From positions 57,127,607 through 57,185,256 of the forward strand of contig NC_068987.1 in NCBI RefSeq assembly GCF_001194135.2: a stretch of 57,650 nt of DNA. Direction: 5' to 3'. Made by a program: the position numbers and the translations under genes. Below, piece after piece: positions 34,401 through 47,031 of this stretch. Source of the stretch: Octopus bimaculoides. Lineage: Eukaryota. The notes under the pieces are model-generated. The model did not search any database. It was not told where the DNA came from and saw only the letters and a program-made list of their open reading frames with translations. The first letter of the stretch is position 1; each line of letters opens with the position of its first letter.

Positions 34401-37400
34401 TTAGTAAATAATAGTCCACCTCAACCCTGAAAATTATTGTGATGTTGCTGCTAAACTGATTTCTCTGTTTCTTTTTTATAGTACAAAAGAGAATGAGATC
34501 GATGAAATGTCCCATAAGTTCCGAAGAGAAATGGATGAGATAACCAGGAGAGAGTCTACTTTGTCAGCTCAGCTGAATGGTAAAGAACTAGAAGTAATTG
34601 CTCTTCAGTCATCCCTAGCTGAACAGTCAGCTGCTCATGCAACTATTCGGGCAGATTTGGAAGTAGCTAAGGTGAGAAAAAATTAAATCAATTTCTAATC
34701 CAATGTTGGCAATTTTAATTAAAAATTATTTATTTTTTCATTAAATTCTTAATGTATCAAAAATATGGGAAGAATTGAAATTTAAACTAAAATTTTATGA
34801 AGAATCTGAACATTTTTAACGGTTGTGAATTTGTATTTTTGTCATTTTATTTTAATTTTTTTCTTTTTGTTTTCATTTTCATTGAATTTCGAATAGGTTT
34901 GAATTTAAATTTGATCTTTTTTGTTGTTTTCTTTATCAATTTTGGTCTTTGCAAACTTTTCACTTAATTATATTGATGTTTCAAACAGTCTTTTTCTGTA
35001 CACTCATACACATACAAGAGACTGTTTGAAACTTATAATTAGTTTTCAAAAACTGGAATTAATTCATAAAAAAAAAAATTCTATCTAAAAGCAATTTCTC
35101 AACCCCTTTAATACCAACCTGCTCAAGACTCCCCTGGTGCCATGATACAAATTTCAATCAGTGTTATCATCTTTTATTTAACATTGCTTGCATGGGTCAG
35201 ATGAAATTTGTCAAGGCAGATTTTCTACAGCCCTTCCTCTTGCCAAATTTTATTTGTTTCCAAGCAAACTATTATGTCTCATGCCCAGGTATGTTTCTCT
35301 TGAAAGACAGGAAATGAACAACATCATTTTTATGATGGTGGTACTCCTTTATACTCATCATGTTGATGTCAAGACAAGGGTGCATACACATATAGACAGT
35401 GAGCTTCTTCCAGTTTCTGGCAATATTAATCCATTTACAATGCTTTGATTGGCCTAGAGCTATAGCAGAAGAGACTTGCCCAAGGCACTGCCATGTTAAT
35501 TTATACTTCAAATACCAAGTACCGCCTGACTGGCCTTCGTAGGATTTTCGAGCGAGATTGTTGCCAGTGCCCCTGGACTGGCTCCTGTGCAGGTGGCACA
35601 TAAAATATACCATTTTGAGCGTGGCCGTTGCCAGTACTGCCTGACTGGCCTTCGTGTGGGTGAAACGTAAAAGCACCCACTACACTCTCTGAGTGGTTGG
35701 CGTTAGGAAGGGCATCCAGCTGTAGAAACTCTGCCAAATCAGATTGGAGGCTGGTGTTACCATCCGGTTTCACCAGTCCTCAGTCAAATCGTCCAACCCA
35801 TGCTAGCATGGGAAGCGGATGTTAAACGATGATTTCATTAGATTCTCTATTATTTTANNNNNNNNNNNNNNNNNNNNNNNNNNNNNNNNNNNNNNNNNNN
35901 NNNNNNNNNNNNNNNNNNNNNNNNNNNNNNNNNNNNNNNNNNNNNNNNNNNNNNNNNNNNNNNNNNNNNNNNNNNNNNNNNNNNNNNNNNNNNNNNNNNN
36001 NNNNNNNNNNNNNNNNNNNNNNNNNNNNNNNNNNNNNNNNNNNNNNNNNNNNNNNNNNNNNNNNNNNNNNNNNNNNNNAAATCCTGTAAAATGATATGTA
36101 GGTTTTGGATAGTATCATGTTGCATTCGGTACACAATCCTAATTTTTTTCAACCACCAGAAAGCTTTCTATGACTCTATGTATGAAACAAGGGTTAACTA
36201 AGAGTCTGAAAACAAGTGTGAGGACAAACTAATGAAATTGCTTTGGACAAGCAAAAGCTTACAGTGACTGATATTCTTCTTGCAAAGATTCCCTATTCCA
36301 TGGTTTGCTGCTGCTTTTCTGAACTAGTTAGCTGCTTTCCATACCCATACATTGTACTTGACTCTTCTACAGGTGTTTTTTTTTTCACTTGTTGAATCTG
36401 GAGGAAGAGTCAATCCCACAGTCTTTATAGTCCTTTCAAGACTGGTCGGATTGTATCTCACCTCACAAATTCAATGCTAAAACTTTGTTCAATTATATCC
36501 TTTTCCAAACATTGCAGTACCTTTATCCACATTTTGCCTATAGATATCAACTTCTGTTACCCTCCTGAGGTTCAAACTGGAAAATCAACTACATAAGTAT
36601 AGGAGGACTTGCAAAGATTATGAGCACTGTTCTCTCTCTTCCTATTGAGCAATTAAAAAAAAATGCACATTCAGTCTTCTAGAGAGAAGACTGCACTGGT
36701 ATGGTCATGTAATGCGTATGACTGAAGACAGTTGCATCAAAAGGTGCTGAGCTCTAATTGTGGAGGGAGCATCTGGAAGGAGTAGACCTAGGAAGGCATG
36801 AGATGAAGTGGTGAGGAAGGATCTTCAAATGTTGGGATGATGAGGGACTGAGATTTCTGGTGGTTTGCTGTGCTTGAGAAAGCTCATCAAGCTAAGTAAA
36901 TATGTGGTTGTCCTTGTATACAGGCGTGTCCCCTGCACTCCTCTTCAGCCAAGGATTCCTAATCTTGTAGATTCTGGTGCCATGTAAAAGCACCCAGGCT
37001 GGTGCTGTGTAAAAACATCTAGTATACGCTGTAAAGTGGTTGGCATTAGGAAGGGCATCCAACCATAGAAACCATGCCAAAACAGACATGGAGCCCAAGC
37101 AGCTCTTCAGCTGGTCAGCTCCTGTCAAACCCATGCCAGCATGGAAAATGGATGTTAAATGATGATGATGATGTGTGTGTTCTTCCCACAACGCCCATAC
37201 CTGATACTTCACCAACACCCTCTTTTTGTCTCCAACTCCACATTGATTTTTCCCACCCATTCTTGTATCTTCTCCACCACAAGAAACTTATTCTGGTACT
37301 TCCTTTCACGCTTGATCCTTTTGTCTCCTACTCTCTACAATAACCCTATTCAATTGAAGGGAATCTTAATCTTGTAAATTACATGGCAACCTCACATGTG

Positions 37401-40400
37401 CTGGTGCAATAGAAAAGCATCCAGAACACTATGGAATGATTGGCATTAGGAAATGCATCCACCTTTAGAAGTCATACCAAAGCAGATTTTGTTGCATGAT
37501 GCAGTCCTCCAATCTGTTGGGTTCTGTCAAACTGTCCAGCCCATGTCTGTAAGGAAGACGGATGTTAAAAGATGATGATGATATTGATACTGATGATTGA
37601 CTTTCTCTTGTTTCAGCTCAATTTTGAATCTGCTCAGAAGGATCTTGTTTCAAAAGGGTTGCAAATCAACGAACTTAAACAAACTGTTCAAGACTTGGAA
37701 GCAATTATAGAAAATAATAAACAGAAGATGCTTGAGCATGAAACTGTTCGTCGTAAGCTGCACAATACTATATTAGAATTGAAGGTGAGTGTAATTTAAA
37801 CACCAGTGTTAGCTTTGCCTTGATTATTCTTTTGACTTGCTATCTGTTTTTGTATTCAGCTGGTTTTTAAAAATCTGAATATGATTCTGTTGTCTCATTT
37901 TGTTTTCCTTAATTAGTTTCTATGTATCATATTACTTTAATGATGTCTTCTGAGATAAATCTCATGAGAAATTACTTACCCAGTTGCTGAATGACCAATC
38001 TTTAAATTTAATAATTGATAGCATTTAATAGGTGCAGACATGGCTGCATAGCTAAGAAGCTTGCTTCCAGACCATGTGGTTATGGGGTCGTTTCCACTGT
38101 GCAGCACTTTAGGTAGGCATCATCTATTCTGGGCTGACTAAAGCCTTGTAAGTCAATTTGACAGATGGAAACTGAAAGAAGCACATCCTATATATATGTA
38201 GGTATGAGTATATATATATATATATATATAAATCCTGTTCTTTGTGTGTGTAAAAAATTATTATGGATGTATTTTTCAACTGATTTTCTTCAAACTGGGA
38301 ACATACATTACTTATGTTTCAGGGATGGTTTTAGACTCTTAAAATTTTTCACATAATGAGGAACAGACACCCTGGTGGCAGAAAGCACCTGCTCCTGGGT
38401 TACGTGGAGAAGGGAGGTAACTCTTTGCAAAGTAACTTTCAGAAATTGATTGTCTCCCTTACATCCATTGGTCATAAAAGAATATAAAATATTGTTTTTT
38501 TATATTAGAGTCATGTCTTTGATAGTTTTTTTAAGATACTTATTTCTGGTTTTCATGCATCAGTGATGTCTATATCTCTATCCATCTCTGTATCTATCTA
38601 TCTATCTGTCTTTGTCTTATCTATATCATTTGTCTAACTAGCTAGCACTCTATATCTCACTCACTCACTATTGTTTTCACTTCCATTTTTCAGACACTAT
38701 TGTTTTCAATAGGTATTTACAAACAACAACGACATGTTACTGACAGAAAGAAGTTCAAAATTACTGATGAAAGTTAATTTCATACATTATTTACTGACAG
38801 AAGTAACTTCATAAATTTCACTGAAAGTAATTTCTTACATAATTTAGTGACAGAAATAATTTCATAAATTTCGCTTCAATCCATACACTTTGTTAAATTT
38901 ACCTACAAATTTCTTCTTTACTTTTGCAACGTTTTGTGTTTTTCTGTTGTTAACGGCTTTTTTCTGGTTCCTTTGATACTGGCTTTTTGGTTCACTGGCA
39001 AATTTTGCTTCAACCTGTACAATTCTTTTCTTTCCGTAAAACTTATTTACTTTCTGCCCATCGTATTAAATATAATTTGTTACCCAGTTATTTTCATTGT
39101 TTACTATCTTCTGCACCCATGTATTTCTGTATACATATATAACCATTCCTAGAAGGAAAGTGTCAAATTTATCTACAGTGTCAAGGTCAGCCGAAAGAAT
39201 GTCTCTGTCCAGGGAAAGTGAGACAGCTGCAGAAAGGGAAGCATACCAAGAAATGAACAGACTGTGCACTACAAAAGCCAGGGCATCTCAAAGTGATGGG
39301 CAGGTATGCACGGGTTACAAAGAATAGGATCTCCACTACAGAATGAAGAGCAGTTGCAACAGCTCAGAGAAGCAACTTCCATGAAGCTGCTTTCAATTAT
39401 GATCCAGCAGTTCATTATGGAGATTACACTAGAGTTTCCATTGGTGTAATGACAACTGAATGCATACATTGTAAAGCAAGGAAGTGTCCTGGAGAGACAC
39501 CTGTACTGTGCTGCAGTGGTGGAAAGGTTAAACTCCCTGAAATCTTCCAACCTCCAGAGCCATTGAAGAAACTGTTGTCATCAACTGACCAAGATTCCAA
39601 GCACTTCCAAAACAAAATTAGACAATACAATGCTGCACTACAGATGACATTATCTGGAGCCACAAGAGATATAACTGAGCCAAGGTTTATGTAAACTTTC
39701 AAGATCTAAGGTCAGATTTATCATCGGATTGGCTCTCTACTACCTCTGTGAAATGAATTGCCAAAATCAGCCTTTCATTGTTTCATCTGTACTTGTGGTT
39801 TGGTTATGAAATAAGCTACACAAAATGTGTTCTTGAATTACGTGTCTTTACTTCATATACATGTATGAGTTGTAAACTTTCTTTTAACATTTCACTTAAT
39901 GTCTGTGTTCCATGTTGGCATGGGTTGAAGAATTATGTAGAAAGTTGGTATCTCAGCTATTAGCAGTTGAGACCTGCGTAATCTAGATGGTGTTTTAAAA
40001 TTTCATTATTCTCTTTAACCCAGGCAATGCCAGGTATTTCTGTGTGTTTGTGTTTGTCTCCCACCATTGCTTGACAACCAGTGCTGGTGTGTTTACGTCA
40101 CCATAACTTAGCAGTTTGACAACAGAAACTGATAGAATAAATACCAGGCTTTTAAAAAATGAGTACTGGGTTCAATACATTCGACTAAAGATTCTACAAG
40201 GTTGTGCCCCAGCATGGCCACACTCTAATGACTGAAACAAATGAAAGACAAAAGATGAAAGATACTTCATGTATTAAGAAAAAGTGGGAAAGCAGATATC
40301 TGATGTCTGGAGAAAGTTTGAACTTAACTTTGGTTCTCTATAGATTTTTCTAAATTCAGATAAGACATTGTTTTAGTGAGTAAATTTACAGTTGGCTACC

Positions 40401-42663
40401 ATTCAATCTTAGCAGTGTAGAAGTTGGAATGGTATTTGACCTCAGTCAATGTACTTCAGAAATTGTACTTTTAGTTTGATATTTGTCTTTTTCTTAATTT
40501 CTTTTTCTTTTCTTTTTTTCTTTTTTGCTTAAGTTTAAAGTGAATTTCATTTTCCTCTGCAGGGAAACATTCGTGTGTTCTGCCGTGTCCGTCCTTTGCT
40601 CACAGATGAAATAAACTCTGGTCAAGGAGTAATTAGCCACATTAACTTCCCTGACATTGATGGAAGGACAGTGGAACTTGAGAGTGTCTGCCCCAATACT
40701 CATAATGAAGTTAGTCACCAAGATTTTTTTTATTCTCCCTTAACATACTTTTCTCCCTCTCAGTCATGCTTCTGTCTGTCTTTGAAAGTAATAATTGACT
40801 GGCTCATTTAATTTGGGGTATTTGTTTGACCCTAGGTCATCTTTGATCAAGCATCTTTCTATATATCCATAACTACATTGTTCAATGTAACCTTTTCACT
40901 TTTAAATTAATAGGGTGTGATTAGTGAAGGTGTGTGGCTAAGTGGTTAGGGTGTTGCACTCATGATTATATAACATTGTGGTTTCAATTCTCAGGCCAGG
41001 ATAATGTGATGTGTTCTTGAGAAAAACACTTCATTTCATGCTGCTCAAGTTCACTTGGCTATAAATAAGCTCCAGCTATAGCCAGGAAGTTAACCATAAA
41101 AAGACTGGCATTCCATTCAAGAGTGGATGAATGCTGTAATCTCACTCATACACTACGGAAACTAGGTCAATCTCTGGCTCTATGAGTCTTAGAGTTCAGG
41201 CCAGACCTAACATGAAACCTAAGTAAGGGTGTGATTTGGTGAAGATTTGATTGCTATTTCTAAAAGATTCAATGGCTGACTAAAGGAATCTGTATTTATT
41301 ACAACACATACTACTCTTCTGATTGTGAACTACTAAGCTTCATGTAGGGGCAGGACCTGTTTACAGTTACACAAACTGGGCTCAAGCAGTTATGTATCCT
41401 ACCTAAGAGTCTACCACTATAATGTCTCGAAATCACGAACTTGTGTCACCAATAGTTATTCATCTTCACTTCTCAAACATTGTATTTGATATTTATATCA
41501 TCATCATCATCATCGTTTAACGTTCGCTTTCCATGCTAGCATGGGTTGGATGATTTGACTGAGGACTGGTGAAACCAGATGGCTACACCAGGCTCCAATC
41601 TGATTTGGCAGAGTTTCTACAGCTGGATGCCCTTCCTAACGCTAACCACTCCGAGAGTGCTTTTATGTGTCACCCGCACGAAGGCCAGTCAGGCAATACT
41701 GGCAACGGCCACGCTCAAAATGGTGTATTTTATGTGCCACCCGCACAAGAGCCAGTCCAGGGACACTGGCAACAATCTCACTCGAAAATCCTTACACATG
41801 TCACGGGCACAAGTGCCAGAAAGGCGACGCTGGGCACAGGTGCCATCCTGATTTCGCTTTCGCTTGCCCCAATAAGTCTTCGCAAGCTGAGTTTCGTGTC
41901 CAATGAAGGAGACGACGATGGCATGGGTGCCAATATATATATATATTTATTTATTTATATACGCGTGTGTGTGCAAGTATATTTGTGTGTCTATTGTGTT
42001 AATGTATTGCTATCAGAATGTCATTGATGATCTTTGATGATTCATATGTTCATAGAGCATCTCTGCTACTCTTCTTGTGTTTATGGCTACATTTATATTT
42101 CATTTACTTGGCACGTGTATAAATAAAATAATATTAGCAAAAAAAAAAACTTCCATGACAAAAGTACGCAGTACACTTTGTAAAGATGTTAGCCTCAAGA
42201 AAGGGTACTCAACTATAGAAACCATGTCAAAGCAGACATTGAATCCTGGTGCAATCCTCTGGCTTCTCAAATCCTTTAGTCCATGGCAGCATGGAAGATG
42301 GATATTAAATGACGATGATAAGAGAATGAAATATGATCTGTTTTAAGAATTTTCAAAGTTAGTATGAGTAAATTACTGGGGCCAAATTTTATGGAATTGA
42401 TTGCCTGTTTTAACATCACAGCTACTTGTCTGTTAAATACCTTTACCAGAGATTGCTTTGTTAGCAATATCTAGACTAGTGTCTATTGTCAAGAGAACTA
42501 GATGAAATCATCGAGGGCTATGTGGTTAAGAAGTTCACCTTCCAACCACATTGTTTTGGGTTCAATTCCACTGCATAGCACCTTGGGCAAATGTCTTCTA
42601 TAGCCCTAGGCCAACCAAAACCTTCTGAGTGGATTTGTTGACAGAAACTGAAAGAAGCTGATT

Positions 42664-42705
<42 letters not shown>

Positions 42706-45700
42706 TTTATTAAAGCTGAAAAATATCTTCACAAACTGTTGTTAATCAGAATTTCACATGATCATTCATCGGATGGTCACATGAAACTCTGAGTAACGGT
42801 TTGTGAAGATTTTTTACAGCTTCAATAAATAGTATATTACTCTATCTTTCGGTATTCGCATACTATACTTTTCACCTCGTTTTGCATCATGTGCTTACTT
42901 GGGTGAGTATGTATATATATGTGTGTATGTATGTATATATGTGCGTGTTTTTGTGTGAGTGAGTTTGTATTTCTCTTTTCTTCTTTTGTGTTTGCCGGTT
43001 GTTATCAGTGGCCTCACACACAATGTCATTTGTTTCTAGCTTTTCCAAGCTGTTGTTTCATAGATTGTGAGATTATCTTGCTTGGAAACAAATGCCATCT
43101 AACCATAAAAACTCTACTCTAATGTACTCTTGTCTGACACATTGCAAGCTTGGAAAGTGGACATTAAACTAATGATAATGTTTTCAACTGCATCATCTTT
43201 ACTTTAAGCTGTTATTTGTTTGAGAGTACAAGGTGAAAGTGGTTCACCAATAGATATCTCCAACGACTAGGGCTCTGCACTTTAAGTAGAGCCCCAAGAA
43301 ATTACTATACTTGTTCGTCTCAACAACAACCACTGGTTTTCAGCTAGGCTATTTGCAGAGACTGAATTAGTGGTAACAGTAATCCATGAGTCCTACTTCT
43401 ATTAATCTTCCCTTTACCATTTGTAGTCACAATGCTTCTTCTTTGATTAACTTATAGAACATTTTTGAAAGCCCACCCGTACTGTCTTTACACAGTTACT
43501 TAAGTAAGATCAATATTTCTAATATAGAGTTTGTCAACATCAGTTGCTGAGAAGTCCAGAAAAAAATTAAACTTCACATTTGACAAAGTGTTTCAGCCAG
43601 AAACAACTCAAGCGGAGGTCTTCAATGAAATTTCCCAGCTTGTTCAGGTATGATAGTATGTTATTGGAATTTGCAATTTGTTTTCTTTCTAAACATCAAG
43701 TTTTATTGATTTCTTTTTCTTTTGTTTTACTAACATTGAAAATGATCTGATATGGTATTTTGAACTGGTATTGCTCATTTAATTAAAAAAGATGTTCAAA
43801 GCATTATTATTATTATTTGTTGTTATTATTTCATTTACACACAACAGGTTAGACTGCTGGAAACATTTCTTAATATTAGGCTACAACAAATAACCTTAGA
43901 TGCCAAGAATCTTCCTTAGAATCCTAGCTGTCCCTAATAATACTGTTTCCTGGAGCTGCACTAAACTAAGTTTTATGCCTATTTTCTCTATCCATAAGTT
44001 CAAATCTTCAGAATATTCCTATAACTACAGCAATACTTTTTACCCATACTTTCCATAGCCTCTGTAACTCAGCGACTCCCTAACACTTTATTTTCTCTAT
44101 ACCTCTCATTGATTTTCACATCATTTGGGACTGTAAAGTTAATTACTTGGCACTTTCTATTCTCTTTGTCTACCATTACTAAATCAGTCCTTCTAGCTTC
44201 TATTAATCTGTCAGTTTGAATATTAAAGTACCACATCTTATATTCTTTATTTTCTAACACTTTAGTAGGTTCATTTTCATACCATTTATCAGTATGATCA
44301 AATCTTAGTTTCCTACATAACTGGATTATTCTGATGGATTATTCTCCCTAGGTTGTCATGTTTTTTCTTGTTTTCCTTCTGTGCCAGCATACTACATTCA
44401 CTAACTATGAGTAACACTTTCTTCCTTTGATTTACATAGCCTATATTGGGAATCTACGTAATTTTTGTCTATCTTGGCTTTTATCCAGTTAGTCCTAAAT
44501 GCCTGATCTAACAAACTTTCTGTCTTCCTTTTCAGCCTTCCTTTCTGCAACCACAACCATGCTTCACTATTACTATTTTCTGAAACTATCTTTGGAAAAC
44601 TACTATGCAAAGCCTTGTCATGCCAGTCAGATAATCTTGTTTCTTTTTTCTGGTTTTTAACTTCATTTGGCCTTTTGGGTTTCCTTATTTCCTACTGTTA
44701 CTTCGTCAGCTTTTAATAAAATTTCCTCTCTGTTACCTACATAAGAGGCTATATCTACTCTAGCTAACTCTACACAGTCTTCTGCAGATATTAAATCTCA
44801 ACTACCTTCCTTTCAAGGCAAATATAATCTTGCTACTCCTGCTTTAGGATGAAGTCCTCCATTCATTTTGAACTCCTTCCTTGTTCTTCTCTCTAGATTT
44901 ACTAATTCAGATTTTCTCCAATCTACAAAAGCTACTGAATGCCTAAGTAATGACAACTGTACAAGTATTTACAATCCTCACTAGATTTGGACCATTTAGC
45001 TTTCACTTCATTAACTTCCTCATTCTTCTGATATGCTTCTTCTCAATTTTCTCGTTCATTTCTGTAGTTAGTACTCTGTCATATTCTAATACTCCTTAGA
45101 TACTTATAACTTTCTCCTCCCTTCAGTGATTTTAATGTCTGGCTATCTGGTAATTGAATGCCTTTACTACTGATTACCTGTCCCTTTTTTTCTGACTAAT
45201 ATTGCACACTTATCTCTACCAAATTCTATACCCATGCTATTATTATTACTGTTATTATTATTATCATTAGGGTGGCAAGCTGGCAGAATCGTTAGCACAC
45301 CGGGCGAAATGCTTAGCAGTATTTCGTCTGCCGTTACGTTCTGAGTTCAAATTCCGCCAAGGTCAACTTTGCCTTTCATCCTTTCGGGGTCGATAAATTA
45401 AGTACCAGTTACGCACTGGGGTCGATGTAATCGACTTAATCTCTTTGTCTGTCCTTGTTTGTCCCCTCTATGTTTAGCCCCTTGTGGGCAATAAAGAAAT
45501 AAGAATTGTTAGCACGCTGGATGAAATGCTTAGCGGTATTTCACCCATCGCTACATTCTGAGTTCAAATTCCACCGAGGCCAACTTTTCCTTTCATCCTC
45601 TCGGAGTCAACAAAATAAGTACCAGTTGATCACTGGTGTCGATGTAATCGATTTGTCCCCACCTCCCCAACCTACCTTTATCGTAAAAATTTGAAATAAT

Positions 45701-47031
45701 AGTTATTATCATTATTGTTATTATTAAATCTATGATCTGGGAGAATCGTTAGAGCATTGTAAAAATGCCTTGTATTATTTCTTAAGACTATATCTTTTGC
45801 GTTCAAATTTTGCTAAGGTCAGCTTTACTTTTCAGCTCTCCAGTCAATAAAATAAGATACCAGCCAAGTACTGGGGTCCTTGTAATCAACTAACCTTCTT
45901 CCAAAGTTGCTGGCCTTGTAGTGAAATTTGAAACATTATTAAGGTGACAAGCTGGCAGAATCGTTAGCATGCTGGACAAAATATTTAGTGGTATTTCATT
46001 CATCTTTACACTCTGTGTTCAGATTCTGCAGAGGTCGACTTTGCCTTTCATCCTTTCAGGGCTGATAAAATAAATAAGTACCATTTGAACACTGGAGTCA
46101 CTGTAATCGACTTACCCATCCCACGAAATTGTAGGCCTCATGCCAAAAATTGAAACTTATCATTATTTAGGCAGCGAGCTAGTAGTCGGAAAAATTCTTT
46201 GCATTATTTCTTTTAACTTTTTATGTTCGTAGTTCAAATCTCACTGAGGTCACCTTTGATATCAAGAGTTTTTGTATCATAGACCTACATGTGGTTTGGT
46301 GTCAAAGTAATTAAATCTCTGTGCGTGTGTGTGTTCTTATTGTAAAAAGTCTATTCTGTTGATTACAGTCTATGGTAGAAGGATGTACACTGCAAGTTTG
46401 TAATAATATTCTGTTGCAGTAACATATACTGAAAGATCTGTAAAACTGTAGGAGTTACTGGTTGTATGTTGTACCACTGATTGTGTTGTTGCATTCCTGT
46501 GTATTATCTGTGTTGGTTGTTGTAACTGTTGTCCACTATTAGGTAGAGCAGCTTACTAATTGCTGATTGGATAAAAATTCAATTAAATTCTGCCACATGT
46601 GTGAGTTAGTGTTACTGACATGCCATGAAAGAAGTTCACCCTTTATTCAGAGAGATTCACTACTGTAATTGGCTGCTATTTATCAACCCCAGAGAGACAT
46701 AAAGTAGAGTTGGTTTTGGTGATATTTGAACTCAGAACGTAAGGGAACATAACTAAATACCACAAAGATATTTAGTTTGCTGCTCTACCAATTTTTCCAT
46801 CTATATTCCCTGCTATTCATCTCTATATTGTGTATATAAATTACTTTATTATTTCAGAGTGCACTCGATGGCTATAATGTTTGCATCTTTGCATATGGCC
46901 AGACTGGTTCTGGTAAAACATATACAATGGAAGGTGGTAATGTAGAAGACGAAGAGACGATGGGTATGATTCCAAGAGCTACTATTCAAGTGTTTGAAAC
47001 AGTTGAATTGTTAGTTGAGAAAGGCTGGAAG
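17915..47031 (+). CDS. KIFC1: Kinesin-14 (KIFC1/Ncd/XCTK2-like C-terminal motor kinesin), exons 1-10 of a gene that is 3'-incomplete in this window
   Basis: Ten GT-AG exons splice in frame to 452 codons: basic tail, coiled coil with WDLKGR, neck [56 protein letters not shown]. The kinesin-14 assignment is firm; KIFC1 orthology is inferred. Confidence 0.9.
19846..20620 (+). mobile_element. Degenerate RTE-clade RT fragment in kinesin intron 1
   Basis: Remnants of [29 protein letters not shown], [13 protein letters not shown] and LLCADNLV. Confidence 0.7.
20640..21205 (-). mobile_element. SINE-like family B, longest copy
   Basis: (cat)n tail at 20640, two pseudoknot modules, two upstream ~85-nt hairpin units and a 5' end at about 21205. 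Confidence 0.85.
21780..23961 (-). mobile_element. Gypsy-type LTR retrotransposon pol fragment (RT end, RNase H, integrase); no LTR seen
   Basis: Minus-strand ORFs: FNNILV (degenerate YIDDILV), [28 protein letters not shown] (RNase H), LHTMPH..CDRC (HHCC), [17 protein letters not shown] and RPSGNGVV (DDE). The order RT-RH-INT is Gypsy-like. Confidence 0.88.
24077..24166 (+). CDS. KIFC1: Kinesin-14 exon 2
   Basis: ttttgtttcag|[30 protein letters not shown]|gtaatt; 90 nt, phase 0/0. Confidence 0.82.
25820..26048. mobile_element. piggyBac-type MITE
   Basis: TTAA flanks with TIR cccttttgttac / gtaacgaaaggg. Confidence 0.8.
26329..26557 (+). other. C2H2 zinc-finger coding fragment (probably the C-terminus of an RTE-clade LINE), running into a gap
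   Basis: [44 protein letters not shown]; open frame with no stop before the Ns. Confidence 0.6.
27021..27138 (+). CDS. KIFC1: Kinesin-14 exon 3
   Basis: ctttgactag|[39 protein letters not shown]|gtaagt; 118 nt, phase 0/1. Confidence 0.85.
27185..27415. mobile_element. piggyBac-type MITE
   Basis: TTAA flanks with perfect TIR ccctttagcatt / aatgctaaaggg. Confidence 0.85.
28644..28760 (+). CDS. KIFC1: Kinesin-14 exon 4
   Basis: ttgttgtgtctag|[39 protein letters not shown]|gtaggt; 117 nt, phase 1/1; an in-frame alternative donor follows 28751. Confidence 0.75.
29126..29655 (-). mobile_element. SINE-like family B copy
   Basis: Colinear with 20640-21205 apart from a small internal deletion. Confidence 0.85.
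30021..30411 (+). mobile_element. tRNA-derived SINE family C, full length
   Basis: A box tggcccagtgg at 30033, B box ggtttcaattcc at 30076, (caa)n tail; flanked by a 171/157-bp direct repeat. Confidence 0.9.
33734..33953 (+). CDS. KIFC1: Kinesin-14 exon 5
   Basis: ttttgttttaaag|[29 protein letters not shown]|gtaaga; 220 nt, phase 1/2. Confidence 0.92.
34482..34671 (+). CDS. KIFC1: Kinesin-14 exon 6 (coiled coil)
   Basis: cttttttatag|[26 protein letters not shown]|gtgaga; 190 nt, phase 2/0. Confidence 0.9.
35515..35832 (+). mobile_element. SINE-like family B copy (rearranged 5' part)
   Basis: Modules plus tail ccatgctagcatgggaagcggatgttaaacgatgat. Confidence 0.8.
36670..37171 (+). mobile_element. 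RTE LINE 3' end: C-terminal coding sequence plus a 3' UTR sharing the family B tail
   Basis: [49 protein letters not shown], then ggtgccatgtaaaagcaccc..ggttggcattaggaagggcatcc..ccatgccagcatgg..gttaaatgatgatgat. Confidence 0.75.
37617..37784 (+). CDS. KIFC1: Kinesin-14 exon 7 (neck)
   Basis: cttgtttcag|[27 protein letters not shown]|gtgagt; 168 nt. Confidence 0.95.
39145..39752 (+). mobile_element. Helitron Rep/helicase N-terminal coding relic
   Basis: PRRKVSNLS.., [69 protein letters not shown]; a degenerate Helitron-like 3' hairpin cccaggcaatgccaggt at about 40018. Confidence 0.85.
40563..40709 (+). CDS. KIFC1: Kinesin-14 exon 8 (motor start)
   Basis: ttcctctgcag|[22 protein letters not shown]|gttagt; 147 nt. 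Confidence 0.95.
41497..41932 (-). mobile_element. SINE-like family B copy
   Basis: Colinear with the 20640 copy, 5'-truncated at about 41932. Confidence 0.85.
43528..43647 (+). CDS. KIFC1: Kinesin-14 exon 9
   Basis: tttctaatatag|[40 protein letters not shown]|gtatga; 120 nt. Confidence 0.95.
43803..45236 (-). mobile_element. R4/Dong-like RLE non-LTR retrotransposon, 5'-truncated and degenerate
   Basis: Minus strand: [13 protein letters not shown] (RT end), [42 protein letters not shown] (CCHC remnant), [25 protein letters not shown] (RLE), [15 protein letters not shown]; (AAT)n at both ends. Confidence 0.85.
45271..46260 (+). mobile_element. Head-to-tail array of about 4-5 SINE family D copies
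   Basis: Units start near 45271, 45505, 45740, 45940 and 46170; most are separated by (att)-rich linkers; the first copy is the best preserved. Confidence 0.75.
46858..47031 (+). CDS. KIFC1: Kinesin-14 exon 10 (P-loop)
   Basis: ttattatttcag|[38 protein letters not shown]|gtaagt; 174 nt. Confidence 0.97.
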
